Counted from the stretch's first letter, positions 29,189-38,002 are shown. The stretch is DNA of 38,002 bases from an uncultured Pseudomonadota bacterium (GCA_913020725.1 CAJWCD010000016.1:1-38002), one strand, 5' to 3'. Numbers and translations: made by a program. Notes: a model not told the origin generated them from the letters alone.

Positions 29189-29884
29189 ATGCGCTACCCT
29201 GTGGTTTTTTTTGACGCTGACGACACCCTTTTTGATTTCGAAAAAACGAAGCAAGTGGCGCTGGACGCCCTTTTTGTGGAAGCAGGATTCCCTCGTTCGG
29301 AAGCCCTGACGGCAACCTACGAACGCATCAACCAGCAACTCTGGCAGGAACTTGAGCAGGGGCGGGTGGCTCCAGCCACTCTGAAGGTGGAGCGTTTTGC
29401 AAGGTTTTGCACAGCAACCGGGCTGGCAGGCGATCCGGAATGGCTCAGCACGCGCTACCTTCAGCGCCTTTCACAAGGAACGGACTTGCTGCCGGGAGCC
29501 GAGCAATTGGTGCAGACGCTCCACGGGAGCGTGCGCTTGGCACTGATCACCAACGGACTCCAAGCGGTTCAGCGTCCGCGTTTTGCTCAATCACCGCTTT
29601 GCAAATGCTTCGAGGTGATCGTGGTCTCAGAAGAAGTGGGAATCGCCAAACCCAACCCGGAGATCTTCCGGATCACTTGGGAGCAGATGGGGTGCCCAGA
29701 GCTTTCCGGAATCCTGATGGTCGGTGACAGTTTGGCTTCCGACATCCAAGGCGGTGTCAACTTCGGAATTGCCACTTGCTGGTACAACCCCAACCAACTC
29801 CCGCTACCTGCGGAACCTCGGATTGATCACAACCTCACAGACCTTACAAAATTTCCGGAGTTGGTGTTGGACCGTTCTGTCTGA
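29189..29884 (+). CDS. yjjG: HAD-superfamily noncanonical pyrimidine nucleotidase
   Basis: FFDADDTLFDF, ITNG, SEEVG.AKP, MVGDSL.SDI.GG motifs. Confidence 0.88.
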   Translation: MRYPVVFFDADDTLFDFEKTKQVALDALFVEAGFPRSEALTATYERINQQLWQELEQGRVAPATLKVERFARFCTATGLAGDPEWLSTRYLQRLSQGTDLLPGAEQLVQTLHGSVRLALITNGLQAVQRPRFAQSPLCKCFEVIVVSEEVGIAKPNPEIFRITWEQMGCPELSGILMVGDSLASDIQGGVNFGIATCWYNPNQLPLPAEPRIDHNLTDLTKFPELVLDRSV

Positions 29885-30043
29885 TTGACTCGGTTGCCTC
29901 TGAACCCTCCCGTCAAGAGAACTGGGGGCTCCGGAAAATATCGCTCGCACTGCACCCCTTGTCCTTCTATGATGACGGCTTTCCCAATTCACGGGAATGC
30001 GAATTTTGGCGCTGACCCACACCCAACCAAAGGAGATCTGCAA

Positions 30044-30208
30044 ATGAGTGAATGCCCGCTTTGCGACGCTGAAATCACACTGGACACGGACACGGTCATG
30101 GGGGAACTTCTGGAATGTCCGGACTGCGGGACCGAACTGGAAGTCACCGGACTTGATCCTCTTAAACTGACGGAAGCTCCGGAAACTGAAGAGGACTGGG
30201 GCGAATGA
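30044..30208 (+). CDS. lysW: Amino-group carrier protein LysW/ArgW
   Basis: 54 aa, acidic, two CPxC Zn motifs, terminal EDWGE; AAGGAG SD. Confidence 0.97.
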   Translation: MSECPLCDAEITLDTDTVMGELLECPDCGTELEVTGLDPLKLTEAPETEEDWGE

Positions 30209-31038
30209 AAATCGGCTTCCTGCATTCCCTGATCCGCAAAGAAGAAAAACTCCTGATCGAAGCCTTCAAGCAACGCGGGGTTGAACTGGTGATGCTTGAT
30301 GATCGCAAGCTGATCTTTGATCTCGAATCCACTTTAGAAGTGGATGTGGTGCTGGAGCGCTGCATCAACCACTCGCGTGCCATGCACGGCTTGCGCTTGC
30401 TGGAAAGCAGTGGTATTCGCTGCATCAACACCTCCGAGGTCTCGCGGGTTTGCGGCGACAAGATGCTCTCCTCGCTGGCTCTCAAGGAAGCAGGAGTGCC
30501 TCAGCCGCCGCTGCGCATTGCGTTCACCGAGAAATCGGCCTTGGTGGCCATCGAGGAGTTGGGCTACCCCGTGGTTCTCAAACCTGCTGTGGGGTCGTGG
30601 GGACGGTTGCTGTCCAAGGTGAACGACCGCGAAGCCGCAGAGTCGCTGCTTGAACACAAAGCCATTTTGGGAAGCTACCACCACTCTATCTTTTACATCC
30701 AGAAATATGTGGAAAAGCAAGGGCGGGACATCCGCAGTTTTGTGGTGGGAGACGAATGCATCGCCGCCATTTACCGGACCTCTCCCCACTGGATCACCAA
30801 CACAGCGCGTGGTGCGGTTGCCAGTGGATGCCCCGTGACCGATGAGATCCGCACGGTTTCGCTGGCGGCGGCCAACGCAGTTGGTGGGGGGGTTCTGGCG
30901 GTGGATTTGTTTGAAACCGCGGACGGCGTGTTGGTGAACGAAGTCAACTACACGATGGAATTCCGCAACAGCATTGAAACCACCGGAGTGAACATTCCTG
31001 CACACATGGTGGACTACGTTCTGGAGAACACGCCATGA
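30205..31038 (+). CDS. lysX: LysW-AAA/glutamate ligase (ATP-grasp, RimK family)
   Basis: [43 protein letters not shown] overlap with lysW. Confidence 0.95.
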   Translation: MKIGFLHSLIRKEEKLLIEAFKQRGVELVMLDDRKLIFDLESTLEVDVVLERCINHSRAMHGLRLLESSGIRCINTSEVSRVCGDKMLSSLALKEAGVPQPPLRIAFTEKSALVAIEELGYPVVLKPAVGSWGRLLSKVNDREAAESLLEHKAILGSYHHSIFYIQKYVEKQGRDIRSFVVGDECIAAIYRTSPHWITNTARGAVASGCPVTDEIRTVSLAAANAVGGGVLAVDLFETADGVLVNEVNYTMEFRNSIETTGVNIPAHMVDYVLENTP

Positions 31039-32060
31039 TCCGGGTTTCCATTGTCGGGGGTTCCGGTTACACCGGAGGCGAGTTGCTGCGGTTGTTGCTG
31101 TTTCATCCGGAATGCGAAGTCCAGCAGATTACCTCGGAACGTTTTTCCGGGAAATTCGTCCACAACGCCCACCCCAATCTGCGCGGGGCGACCCGCCTGA
31201 AATACTGCGCCGTCAACGAGCTGGAACCGTGCGATCTGCTGTTCCTCTGCCTGCCGCATGGCCGGACCATGACGGCGGTGGATCGCTTTGAGAAACTGGC
31301 ACCACGGCTGATTGACCTGAGCGCGGATTTCCGGCTGACCGACCCGAAACAGCACCAGCGCTGGTACGGCACCGAACACACACGGCCTGACCTGTTGGGG
31401 GCTTTTGCCTACGGGATTCCGGAAATCAACCGAGAGGCAATCCAGTCGGCGACTCGCGTTGCCTGTGCGGGTTGCAACGCCACGGTCAGCACGCTGGCGG
31501 TGCGACCGTTCACGCGACGCGACTTGGTGGAATCCATTGTGATCGAGGTCAAGGCCGGGTCCAGCGAAGGAGGCAATGCGTCCAGCGGCGCCAGCCACCA
31601 TCCGGAACGCAGCGGCGCGGTGCGCTCCTACCGTCCCACCGGGCATCGGCATGTCGGGGAGTTGCAGCAGTCGCTAGGTGAGGTGCCGATCCACTTTTCC
31701 GCGACCTCGATTGAAATGGTGCGGGGCATCCTTGCCACCTGTCATGTGTTTCTGAAGAAACCGCTGGAAGAGAAAGCGGTGTGGAAAATCTTCCGGGAGG
31801 ACTACCGGGACGAGCCGTTTGTGCGCCTCGTCAAGGAGCGCAGCGGCATCCACCGCTACCCGGACCCCAAGCTGCTGGCAGGCACAAACTACTGCGACAT
31901 CGGCTTTGAACGTGATCCGCACTCCAACCGACTGGTGGTGCTGAGCGCCATTGATAACCTGATGAAGGGAGCGGCGGGGCAGGCCGTGCAGTGCCTCAAT
32001 CTCATGCACAGTTTTGACGAAACCTTCGGGCTGACGTTTCCCGGCCTGCACCCAATCTGA
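31035..32060 (+). CDS. lysY: LysW-gamma-aminoadipyl/glutamyl-phosphate reductase (ArgC family)
   Basis: [22 protein letters not shown] catalytic Cys, [18 protein letters not shown]; located in the lysW operon. Confidence 0.92.
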   Translation: MIRVSIVGGSGYTGGELLRLLLFHPECEVQQITSERFSGKFVHNAHPNLRGATRLKYCAVNELEPCDLLFLCLPHGRTMTAVDRFEKLAPRLIDLSADFRLTDPKQHQRWYGTEHTRPDLLGAFAYGIPEINREAIQSATRVACAGCNATVSTLAVRPFTRRDLVESIVIEVKAGSSEGGNASSGASHHPERSGAVRSYRPTGHRHVGELQQSLGEVPIHFSATSIEMVRGILATCHVFLKKPLEEKAVWKIFREDYRDEPFVRLVKERSGIHRYPDPKLLAGTNYCDIGFERDPHSNRLVVLSAIDNLMKGAAGQAVQCLNLMHSFDETFGLTFPGLHPI

Positions 32061-32067
32061 CGCACCC

Positions 32068-32703
32068 ATGTGCCGCATCCTCTGGGTTCGCGCCGAGCGT
32101 CCGTTTCAAATGGCCGCACATCTGGAACGGTTTGCGGACGTATCCAAGAACAGTTCCGAATATCAGGGACACGGTTGGGGGTGCGCTTGGCTGGACGGCG
32201 GCGAGTGGCGCCTTCACCACAACCTCCAACCCGTTTGGGACGAGGACTTTTCGCAGTTTGGCGCCACGACGCTGTTGCTGGCTCACGCGCGCAGCGCGTT
32301 CAGGGACGAGGGCATCCGGGTGGAGAACAACATGCCGTTCTGCGACGGCAAACGCGTGTTTATTTTCAATGGAGAGCTGCAAGGTGTGCGGATCAAGGAG
32401 GAGGGCCGCATTGGGGCGGAAAAGATTTTCAACTACATCAAACGCTTCGATCACCACAACCTCCAATCCGGATTGGAAAAAAGCGTCAAAGTGATCGAAA
32501 AAAGAACCCGCTACATCCGTGCCATGAACTTGATCCTTGCCAGCCGTGAATCCTCCGAATTGGCCACGCTTTACAACGAAAGGCCCGACTACTTCCAGAT
32601 GCACCGAATTGAGCGCGATGGAGTTGCGCTGGTCTGCTCCGCTCCCTATCCGGGAGAAGATGACTGGCAACTGATCCGCAACCACACCATCCAAACCCTC
32701 TGA
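32068..32703 (+). CDS. Class-II glutamine amidotransferase-fold (Ntn) hydrolase, EgtC/Dug3/YafJ-like
   Basis: Met-Cys N-terminus (MCRI), GWG, LAHARSA, N.MPF, FNG. Confidence 0.85.
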   Translation: MCRILWVRAERPFQMAAHLERFADVSKNSSEYQGHGWGCAWLDGGEWRLHHNLQPVWDEDFSQFGATTLLLAHARSAFRDEGIRVENNMPFCDGKRVFIFNGELQGVRIKEEGRIGAEKIFNYIKRFDHHNLQSGLEKSVKVIEKRTRYIRAMNLILASRESSELATLYNERPDYFQMHRIERDGVALVCSAPYPGEDDWQLIRNHTIQTL

Positions 32704-32717
32704 AGCGAATCCCCTTC

Positions 32718-33509
32718 ATGCACCTCATCAAAGTCGGCGGCGGAGCCGAAATCAACCTCTCCGGAATCGTTGCCGATCTCGCCGAACTGGACACGCCCTT
32801 TGTGGTGGTGCTGGGCGCGAACGCCTTGCGGGACGAAATAGGGCAGAAGCTGGGGCTGGAAAAGCAGGAACTGACCTCGGTTTCCGGCTACAAAAGCGTC
32901 TATTCCGACGAATCTGCGATTGACTTGATCATGATGACCTATGCGGGTCTGCGCAACCGTCGATTTGTCGAACTCTGCCAGCGGCACGGGATCAACGCCG
33001 TGGGCCTGACCGGCCTCGACGGACGCATGGTTCAAGGCCAACGGAACCGGGGGATTCGGGTCCGGGAAGGTGGCAAGACTTTGATGAAACATGATTTTTC
33101 CGGGAAACCCAAGTCCGCCAACACGGACTTGCTCAGGCTGCTACTGGAGCAGGGCTATCGTCCTGTCCTCAGTATCCCCATCGTGGACGAGCAGGGCTTT
33201 GCCATCAACTCCGAGAACGACGACATCGTCAATGTCTTGCAGAAAAGCCTTCATGCCGAAAAAATCCTTCAGTTGATCGAGGCTCCCGGGTTTCTCGACC
33301 AGCGGGACGATCCGGAAAGCGTGGTGCGGCAGATGACGCAGCACGAACTGGAGGCGCGGGAAAACCAAGTGGAGGGCCGCATGAAACGCAAAATGCTGGC
33401 GCTGCGCCGCTTGTTCGATGCCGGAGCAGCAGAAGTCGTGATTGCGGATGGACGAAACGAACACCCCGTGCGGGATGCACTTGCCGGACAAGGAACCCTC
33501 ATCCGATGA
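32718..33509 (+). CDS. lysZ: LysW-aminoadipate/glutamate kinase (ArgB family)
   Basis: IKVGG, SVSGY.SVYSD, GLTGLDG, G.MKRK; located in the lysW operon. Confidence 0.92.
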   Translation: MHLIKVGGGAEINLSGIVADLAELDTPFVVVLGANALRDEIGQKLGLEKQELTSVSGYKSVYSDESAIDLIMMTYAGLRNRRFVELCQRHGINAVGLTGLDGRMVQGQRNRGIRVREGGKTLMKHDFSGKPKSANTDLLRLLLEQGYRPVLSIPIVDEQGFAINSENDDIVNVLQKSLHAEKILQLIEAPGFLDQRDDPESVVRQMTQHELEARENQVEGRMKRKMLALRRLFDAGAAEVVIADGRNEHPVRDALAGQGTLIR

Positions 33510-34654
33510 ACATTCAGGAACGAGAAGAACGCCACGCTCTGGAGGTTTACCCTCGGCGAGGGGTCAGCATCGTGCGTGGAGCAGGAGCCACGCTCTGGGA
33601 TGATCAGGGGAACGCATACCTTGACTGCGCTTCCGGGGTCGGGGTGGCCAGTGTCGGCCATGCGAACCCTGCGGTGGCTCAGGCGTTGGCCGAGCAGGCA
33701 CAAACGCTGGTGACCTGTCCGGGCATCTTCTACAACGACCAGCGCGGACAACTGATGGAAACGCTGGTCGGCCTTGCTCCGGACGGCTTGAACCGCGTCT
33801 TCCTCTGCAACTCCGGAACAGAAAGCACAGAAGCCGCCCTCAAGTTTGCCCACAAAACCACGGGCCGCAGCGGGGTGGTGGCGGCCATGCGCGGATTCCA
33901 CGGACGCACGCTGGGCGCCCTCAGTGCCACTTTCAAGTACCGCGATGCCTTCGAACCGCTGCTGTCCGGATGTCAGTTTGTGCCGCTCAACAAGCTCGAA
34001 AAGCTGGACGCGGCCATCACGGAGGACACGGCGGCGGTGTTGCTGGAACCCATTCAGGGCGAAGGCGGGGTGCGGCCTGCGCATGTCGAGTTCCTCTCTG
34101 CCGCACGGCAGTTGTGTGATGAACGCGGGGCGATGCTGGTCATTGACGAAGTGCAAACCGGGTTTTGCCGAACCGGAACCTTCTTCGCTTGCGAAGCCCT
34201 CAACCTTGTTCCGGACTTGCTGTGTCTCGCCAAGGGCATCGCCGGAGGCGTGCCGATGGGGGCGGTGCTCTGCTCGGATAAGATTGATGTGACCGTTGGG
34301 GTCCACGGCTCCACCTTTGGCGGCAATCCCCTGGCCTGTGCGGCGGCACTGGCGGCCATCGGTTTCATGCAGGAAAACGATCTGGCTGCACAAGCCCGGA
34401 GCAAGGGGGATTACTTCACACGCCACTTTGAAGCGAAGCGGCCAGAGCGGGTGCGAGAGGTGCGGCAGTTTGGCCTGATGATCGGCATTGAACTCAAGGA
34501 AAAGGCCACCCCTTACTTGCAGGCGTTGCTCGCCCAAGGCGTGATCGCGCTTCCCGCAGGTCCAACCGTCATTCGGCTACTCCCTCCACTGGTCATCTCG
34601 GAATCCGAACTCGACACGGTCGTCACCGCCTTGCACACCGCACTTGCAAACTGA
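33506..34654 (+). CDS. lysJ: LysW-aminoadipate/glutamate semialdehyde transaminase (ArgD family)
   Basis: NSGTES.EAALK, FHGRT.GALS, DEVQTGF.RTG, LAKGIAGG, HGSTFGGNP; ATGA overlap with lysZ. Confidence 0.92.
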   Translation: MNIQEREERHALEVYPRRGVSIVRGAGATLWDDQGNAYLDCASGVGVASVGHANPAVAQALAEQAQTLVTCPGIFYNDQRGQLMETLVGLAPDGLNRVFLCNSGTESTEAALKFAHKTTGRSGVVAAMRGFHGRTLGALSATFKYRDAFEPLLSGCQFVPLNKLEKLDAAITEDTAAVLLEPIQGEGGVRPAHVEFLSAARQLCDERGAMLVIDEVQTGFCRTGTFFACEALNLVPDLLCLAKGIAGGVPMGAVLCSDKIDVTVGVHGSTFGGNPLACAAALAAIGFMQENDLAAQARSKGDYFTRHFEAKRPERVREVRQFGLMIGIELKEKATPYLQALLAQGVIALPAGPTVIRLLPPLVISESELDTVVTALHTALAN

Positions 34655-35546
34655 ACCCGCATCCCAAAAATCGGCTGGGCTGGGCGCGGCCAATCTCGCG
34701 TTGCTGGTCGTGCTGGCACTGGGCTGGGGCGCGAACTGGCCAATCCTCAAGATCGGCATTACCGAAGTGTCCCCGTGGGTGTTCCGGTCGCTGACCTTTC
34801 TTCCTTCGGGAATGCTCTTGCTGGCCCTTGCCCGTCTCAACGGCCACCCACTCGCCGTCCCCCGCCCCTTTTGGCCTCCACTGCTGGTGGCCTCGACCCT
34901 CAACATCACGCTCTGGGGAATGCTGGTGCTGTACGGGCTTTCCTTCATGACCGGAGGCCGCGCCGCCATCCTCGCCTTCACCATGCCGGTTTGGGCCAGC
35001 CTCTTTTATGCACTCTTGGTGAAAACGCTGCCAAGCCGTCAGGTGGTCTATGCCCTGATTGCAGGAACCACGGGGGTGTTGCTGCTCTGGTTGGGAGATC
35101 CGGAAACGCAGGCCCGGAATGCGTGGGGGCCGCTCTTGGTGATTGTTGGCGGAGCTATGTGGGGGGCCGGGTCGGCCTATGTCAAACACACAGGATTCCC
35201 GGTTCCCACCTTGGTGCTCACAGGATGGATGCAACTGCTGGGGACGATTCCGGTTGCGCTCATAGCCCTGCTGTGGGACTGGCAAAATATCGGAACTCCG
35301 GGCTGGCCGCAGTACTTCTCCCTGTTTTATAACATCGTGGTCGCCGGGGCGATCATGTACTGGATTTACTTCACCCTGCTCAAGCGACTCACGGTCGCCA
35401 TGTCCACCATCGCCATGTTGGCGGTTCCGGTGGTCGCCGTGATCTCCGATGCTTTCTGGCTCTGGAAATTCCCCCTCTGGATCGACCTCGGCGCACTTGG
35501 GCTGATTGGAGTCGCTGTGGCGCTGGCCCTCAACAAACCTGCTTAG
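34644..35546 (+). CDS. DMT/EamA family transporter
   Basis: About 10 TM helices, WGANWP..K.G, GGRAAIL..TMP.W; start (TTG 34644) overlaps the lysJ end. Confidence 0.88.
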   Translation: MQTEPASQKSAGLGAANLALLVVLALGWGANWPILKIGITEVSPWVFRSLTFLPSGMLLLALARLNGHPLAVPRPFWPPLLVASTLNITLWGMLVLYGLSFMTGGRAAILAFTMPVWASLFYALLVKTLPSRQVVYALIAGTTGVLLLWLGDPETQARNAWGPLLVIVGGAMWGAGSAYVKHTGFPVPTLVLTGWMQLLGTIPVALIALLWDWQNIGTPGWPQYFSLFYNIVVAGAIMYWIYFTLLKRLTVAMSTIAMLAVPVVAVISDAFWLWKFPLWIDLGALGLIGVAVALALNKPA

Positions 35547-35639
35547 AACGCTTCAGACGACACCTCATACGCTTCGGCAAGCCGCAAACGCCCCCGTTCT
35601 TAGTGCTGTGACTGGATCGGAAAGTTACAGTTCCGGGGT

Positions 35640-36188
35640 TCAGGATCCGGTGGTGAAAGAAAACTCATAATCGGAACTCAACTGAGTTCCGGAGCCGTCC
35701 TTGGCGTCTTTGAGCTTACGGCTTCCATCCAAGCTTTCTTTCAAGACTTTGACCTTGTAGGTGGTGTTTGCATCCAGAGCTGAATTCAGGTCAATTGTAA
35801 TGGAACTGCTGCCAATAGTCCCGTTGTCATACAAACAGTTTGAATAACTATCCTTGGAAAGAAGGATTGGCAGATCTTTAATGCTGGATGAACTGTTACA
35901 AGTCACAAATGAATCGGAGCCTACCGTCCAACTAGTTAGCCAGGCGTTACTACTATTAATAAAATAAATGGATTTGTTGAAGTTAACAACAATGCTTGCC
36001 GTGCGACTCACGGAGGTCGAACCATTGTCTGGAGTGGTAGACGAAACCGCCAAAGTGGTCGTGGTGGAACCAGCGTCTTCAATGGATTTGGAATCCAAAC
36101 CACTGCTATCCAGTTTTTGCTGGCCACAGCTACCAATCAGCAGCAGTGCCAACCCCAAGATACATAATCTTAAAACTGCCATTGCCAT
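35640..36188 (-). CDS. Lipoprotein with bacterial Ig-like (Big_5-type) domain
   Basis: Lipobox IGSC, TP..G...VS....I.V.F motif, L..NTTY, terminal FSFTTG. Confidence 0.75.
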   Translation of the reverse strand: MAMAVLRLCILGLALLLIGSCGQQKLDSSGLDSKSIEDAGSTTTTLAVSSTTPDNGSTSVSRTASIVVNFNKSIYFINSSNAWLTSWTVGSDSFVTCNSSSSIKDLPILLSKDSYSNCLYDNGTIGSSSITIDLNSALDANTTYKVKVLKESLDGSRKLKDAKDGSGTQLSSDYEFSFTTGS

Positions 36189-37600
36189 TTCAAATTGAAC
36201 CCACGTGGAGCTTGAGGGGAGGAGAATGCAAGCACACGCGGGGAAAATCGGCTCGCCATGGTGTCCGGAGACTCACTGAACCAGAGGTAGGCTTCCACCC
36301 CCAAAGCCAGCAGGGTGATCGTATCCCAGAGCTGCACTTGGCTCTTGTAGGATTTCATCTTGGATTGGTTGCTCTGATACTCGCTTTTGGTCGCGGCGCT
36401 GGAACTGCTGGCGTAGCTGTCGGCAAGCTCCTGATTTTTCGTGGCGAGGGCATTGAACTGATTGGCGTTGCTCAGTGATTGCAGCAGGGCCACGCCTGCG
36501 ATTCCCAGAGTGACGTAGTGCCAAGTCATATCCCGTTCACTTGCGACCACGGTTTCCGATGGGGCCTCGTCGGGTGCCTCAACCGTGGGCGGAGGTTCCG
36601 GCTCTGCCTCCTTCACAGGTTCCAGCTCTGCCTCCTTCACAGGTTCCGGCTCTGCCTCCTTCACAAGTTTCGGAGTTTTCTTGGGTTGAGGTTCTTGCTT
36701 GGGGGTGAGTGGGATCGGTGTTCCGGCAAGGGACGCATCGGAAGTTTCCTCCACTGTTGCTGTTGCTACAGGTGGTGATTCAGTCACTGTCTTGGGTTTT
36801 GGCTCTGCCTCCTTCACATGTTCTGGCTTGCGCTCCAGCAACTTGAGTTTGAGTCGGGCAAGCTTGACACGGGGACTATCCGGGAACTGCTCAATAAAGA
36901 ACCGGAAGTTTTCCGGGTCATCGGAATCCTCAACCATTGCCCACGCCTCCACATCCAACTGCTTCTCTGGCTGGGGTTCTTCTTTGGAAATCACCGAAGG
37001 TTCCGGTTGAGGAGTCGGCATGGGCAGCACAAAAACAAAATCTCCCTTGTCGAGGTTGGGGTTCCTGATCTTGCCGTACTGCGGATGCTGTGCGTTTCTG
37101 GAGTAGTTCACCACGGTCTTCTGAAGAAACTCCCCAAGCTCGATGGCCGTGATGTAGGCACCGTAGACGAACGGGTCGGCCTTGTCTGTGCTAGGAATCA
37201 GAATCCCCAACTTGGCTAGTCCCTTGCGAGTGTCCTCATCCCAAATCGAGTAGGTGTGCTTCATGAAGTGGAGGTAGCCCGAAATCCGCTTGACATCCAA
37301 GTCAGCCTCATCTGAGAGACTCTCTAGAAGCAGCGTGTCAGGGTAGCGAATTGCGTACAGCATCAGCATCAGTTCTCGCTCGATGTCACTGTGCCAGTTT
37401 CGGTAGCCGTGCCCCATCCACTCGTCGATCATGTCGAACATACCGCTGGTGTAGGGCCGATATATTCGGTACAGCAGTTCCTCGTAGCCATCTGGATTCT
37501 GGCTCTCATGCAGGTGATGAGCCTCAAACAACTCGGGAACTCGCTCGAAGAACGGTCGCAACCGCTCTCTGTCGATGCTGAGCAGGGCGTGTGCCTGCAT
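36170..37600 (-). CDS. Apparently chimeric ORF: unknown N-terminal domain fused to the tail of a caspase(C14)-domain surface protein with Pro/Glu repeats and C-terminal hydrophobic segments
   Basis: ATG 37600 after GGGGTG; ELGEFLQK.V.NYS...QHPQYGKIR.P.LDKGDFVF resembles bacterial metacaspase C-termini; W..V.DS.DP..F..F..QFP.S....LAR motif; no His-Cys caspase core. Confidence 0.55.
   Translation of the reverse strand: MQAHALLSIDRERLRPFFERVPELFEAHHLHESQNPDGYEELLYRIYRPYTSGMFDMIDEWMGHGYRNWHSDIERELMLMLYAIRYPDTLLLESLSDEADLDVKRISGYLHFMKHTYSIWDEDTRKGLAKLGILIPSTDKADPFVYGAYITAIELGEFLQKTVVNYSRNAQHPQYGKIRNPNLDKGDFVFVLPMPTPQPEPSVISKEEPQPEKQLDVEAWAMVEDSDDPENFRFFIEQFPDSPRVKLARLKLKLLERKPEHVKEAEPKPKTVTESPPVATATVEETSDASLAGTPIPLTPKQEPQPKKTPKLVKEAEPEPVKEAELEPVKEAEPEPPPTVEAPDEAPSETVVASERDMTWHYVTLGIAGVALLQSLSNANQFNALATKNQELADSYASSSSAATKSEYQSNQSKMKSYKSQVQLWDTITLLALGVEAYLWFSESPDTMASRFSPRVLAFSSPQAPRGFNLKWQWQF
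36593..36664 (-). repeat. 24-nt tandem repeat x3 encoding VKEAE(P/L)EP
   Basis: aggttcc(g/a)gctctgcctccttcac at 36593, 36617 and 36641; partial copy near 36801-36818. Confidence 0.9.
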
Positions 37601-37617
37601 GATACCACCCCGAAGGA

Positions 37618-38001
37618 TCACTCCTTCCACTCGCGGTACTGAATCCACTCTTCCTTGAAGTATTCTTGGAGAGCGGCCTCATCCTCGTCACCGGGCAGTA
37701 CGGAAGTGAGGTACTGCTCCCACTCCTCGTCACTTCCCTCAAACGGTGTGCCCTGCAGGTCGTGCTTCTTGCCGTGGAACTTGCCCACACTTCGGTTAAA
37801 CTTGTCAGACGGGATGAACAGAGCTGACTGACCCTCCTTCCTGCGGGCGTTGATACGCTCCATCTCAAGGTTGAGTTCGTCGAAGTAGTGAGCCCTGCTT
37901 TCCTCGTTGAGGTGGTCGCGGTCGGCCGGGACGGTCGCCTCACGCTCGTCGTAGCGCCCCTTGATGCCATACACATACGCCCATGTCGCTGAGGTCGACT
38001 C
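37618..38001 (-). CDS. 3' part of a BoxB/PaaA-like diiron aryl-CoA epoxidase subunit (runs off the window)
   Basis: Reading frame is open to the window edge: ESTSATWAYVYGIKGRYDE...P..KFNR.VG.F.G...W...LP...D resembles BoxB-type C-termini. Confidence 0.55.
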   Translation of the reverse strand, partial: ESTSATWAYVYGIKGRYDEREATVPADRDHLNEESRAHYFDELNLEMERINARRKEGQSALFIPSDKFNRSVGKFHGKKHDLQGTPFEGSDEEWEQYLTSVLPGDEDEAALQEYFKEEWIQYREWKE

Positions 38002-38002
38002 A

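Noticed and set aside
29885..30043. Possible lysine riboswitch or leader peptide upstream of lysW
   Set aside because: No recognisable L-box consensus, no Lys/Arg-rich leader ORF and only weak pairing; the 107-aa ORF is just an upstream extension of lysW.
33269..34537. 422-aa antisense ORF
   Set aside because: Shadow of lysZ/lysJ; no independent evidence.
36593..36664. CRISPR-like array
   Set aside because: Repeats are contiguous with no spacers, are in-frame coding, and no cas genes are present.

Overview
Gene-dense bacterial chromosomal window of moderately high GC. The gene content suggests a marine delta-proteobacterium-like or SAR324-like genome; this is inference only. In order it holds: a GNAT acetyltransferase; a three-gene envelope export system (MMPL/RND pump fused to two cNMP-binding domains, LolA-like carrier, outer-membrane barrel); an amidase with a small upstream partner; an atypical glutamate racemase and a PMI-like cupin; a palindromic repeat plus an AAA-ATPase relic; priA; a class-III aminotransferase with tctB and a frameshifted tctA; a complete Dpp/Opp ABC importer converging on a hydantoinase/oxoprolinase plus two DUF917 genes; yjjG; and a LysW amino-group-carrier operon (lysW-lysX-lysY-[Ntn hydrolase]-lysZ-lysJ-DMT). 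Best candidate for an undescribed system: the LysW operon lacks lysK and instead carries an EgtC/Dug3-like class-II amidotransferase-fold gamma-glutamyl hydrolase, whose motif changes fit cleavage of LysW-gamma-Lys/Orn. The last ~860 bp look foreign (archaeal-like) and are joined in frame to the tail of a caspase-domain gene, suggesting a chimera or recombination junction near 37140. Family assignments rest on motifs recognised by eye; no searches were run.
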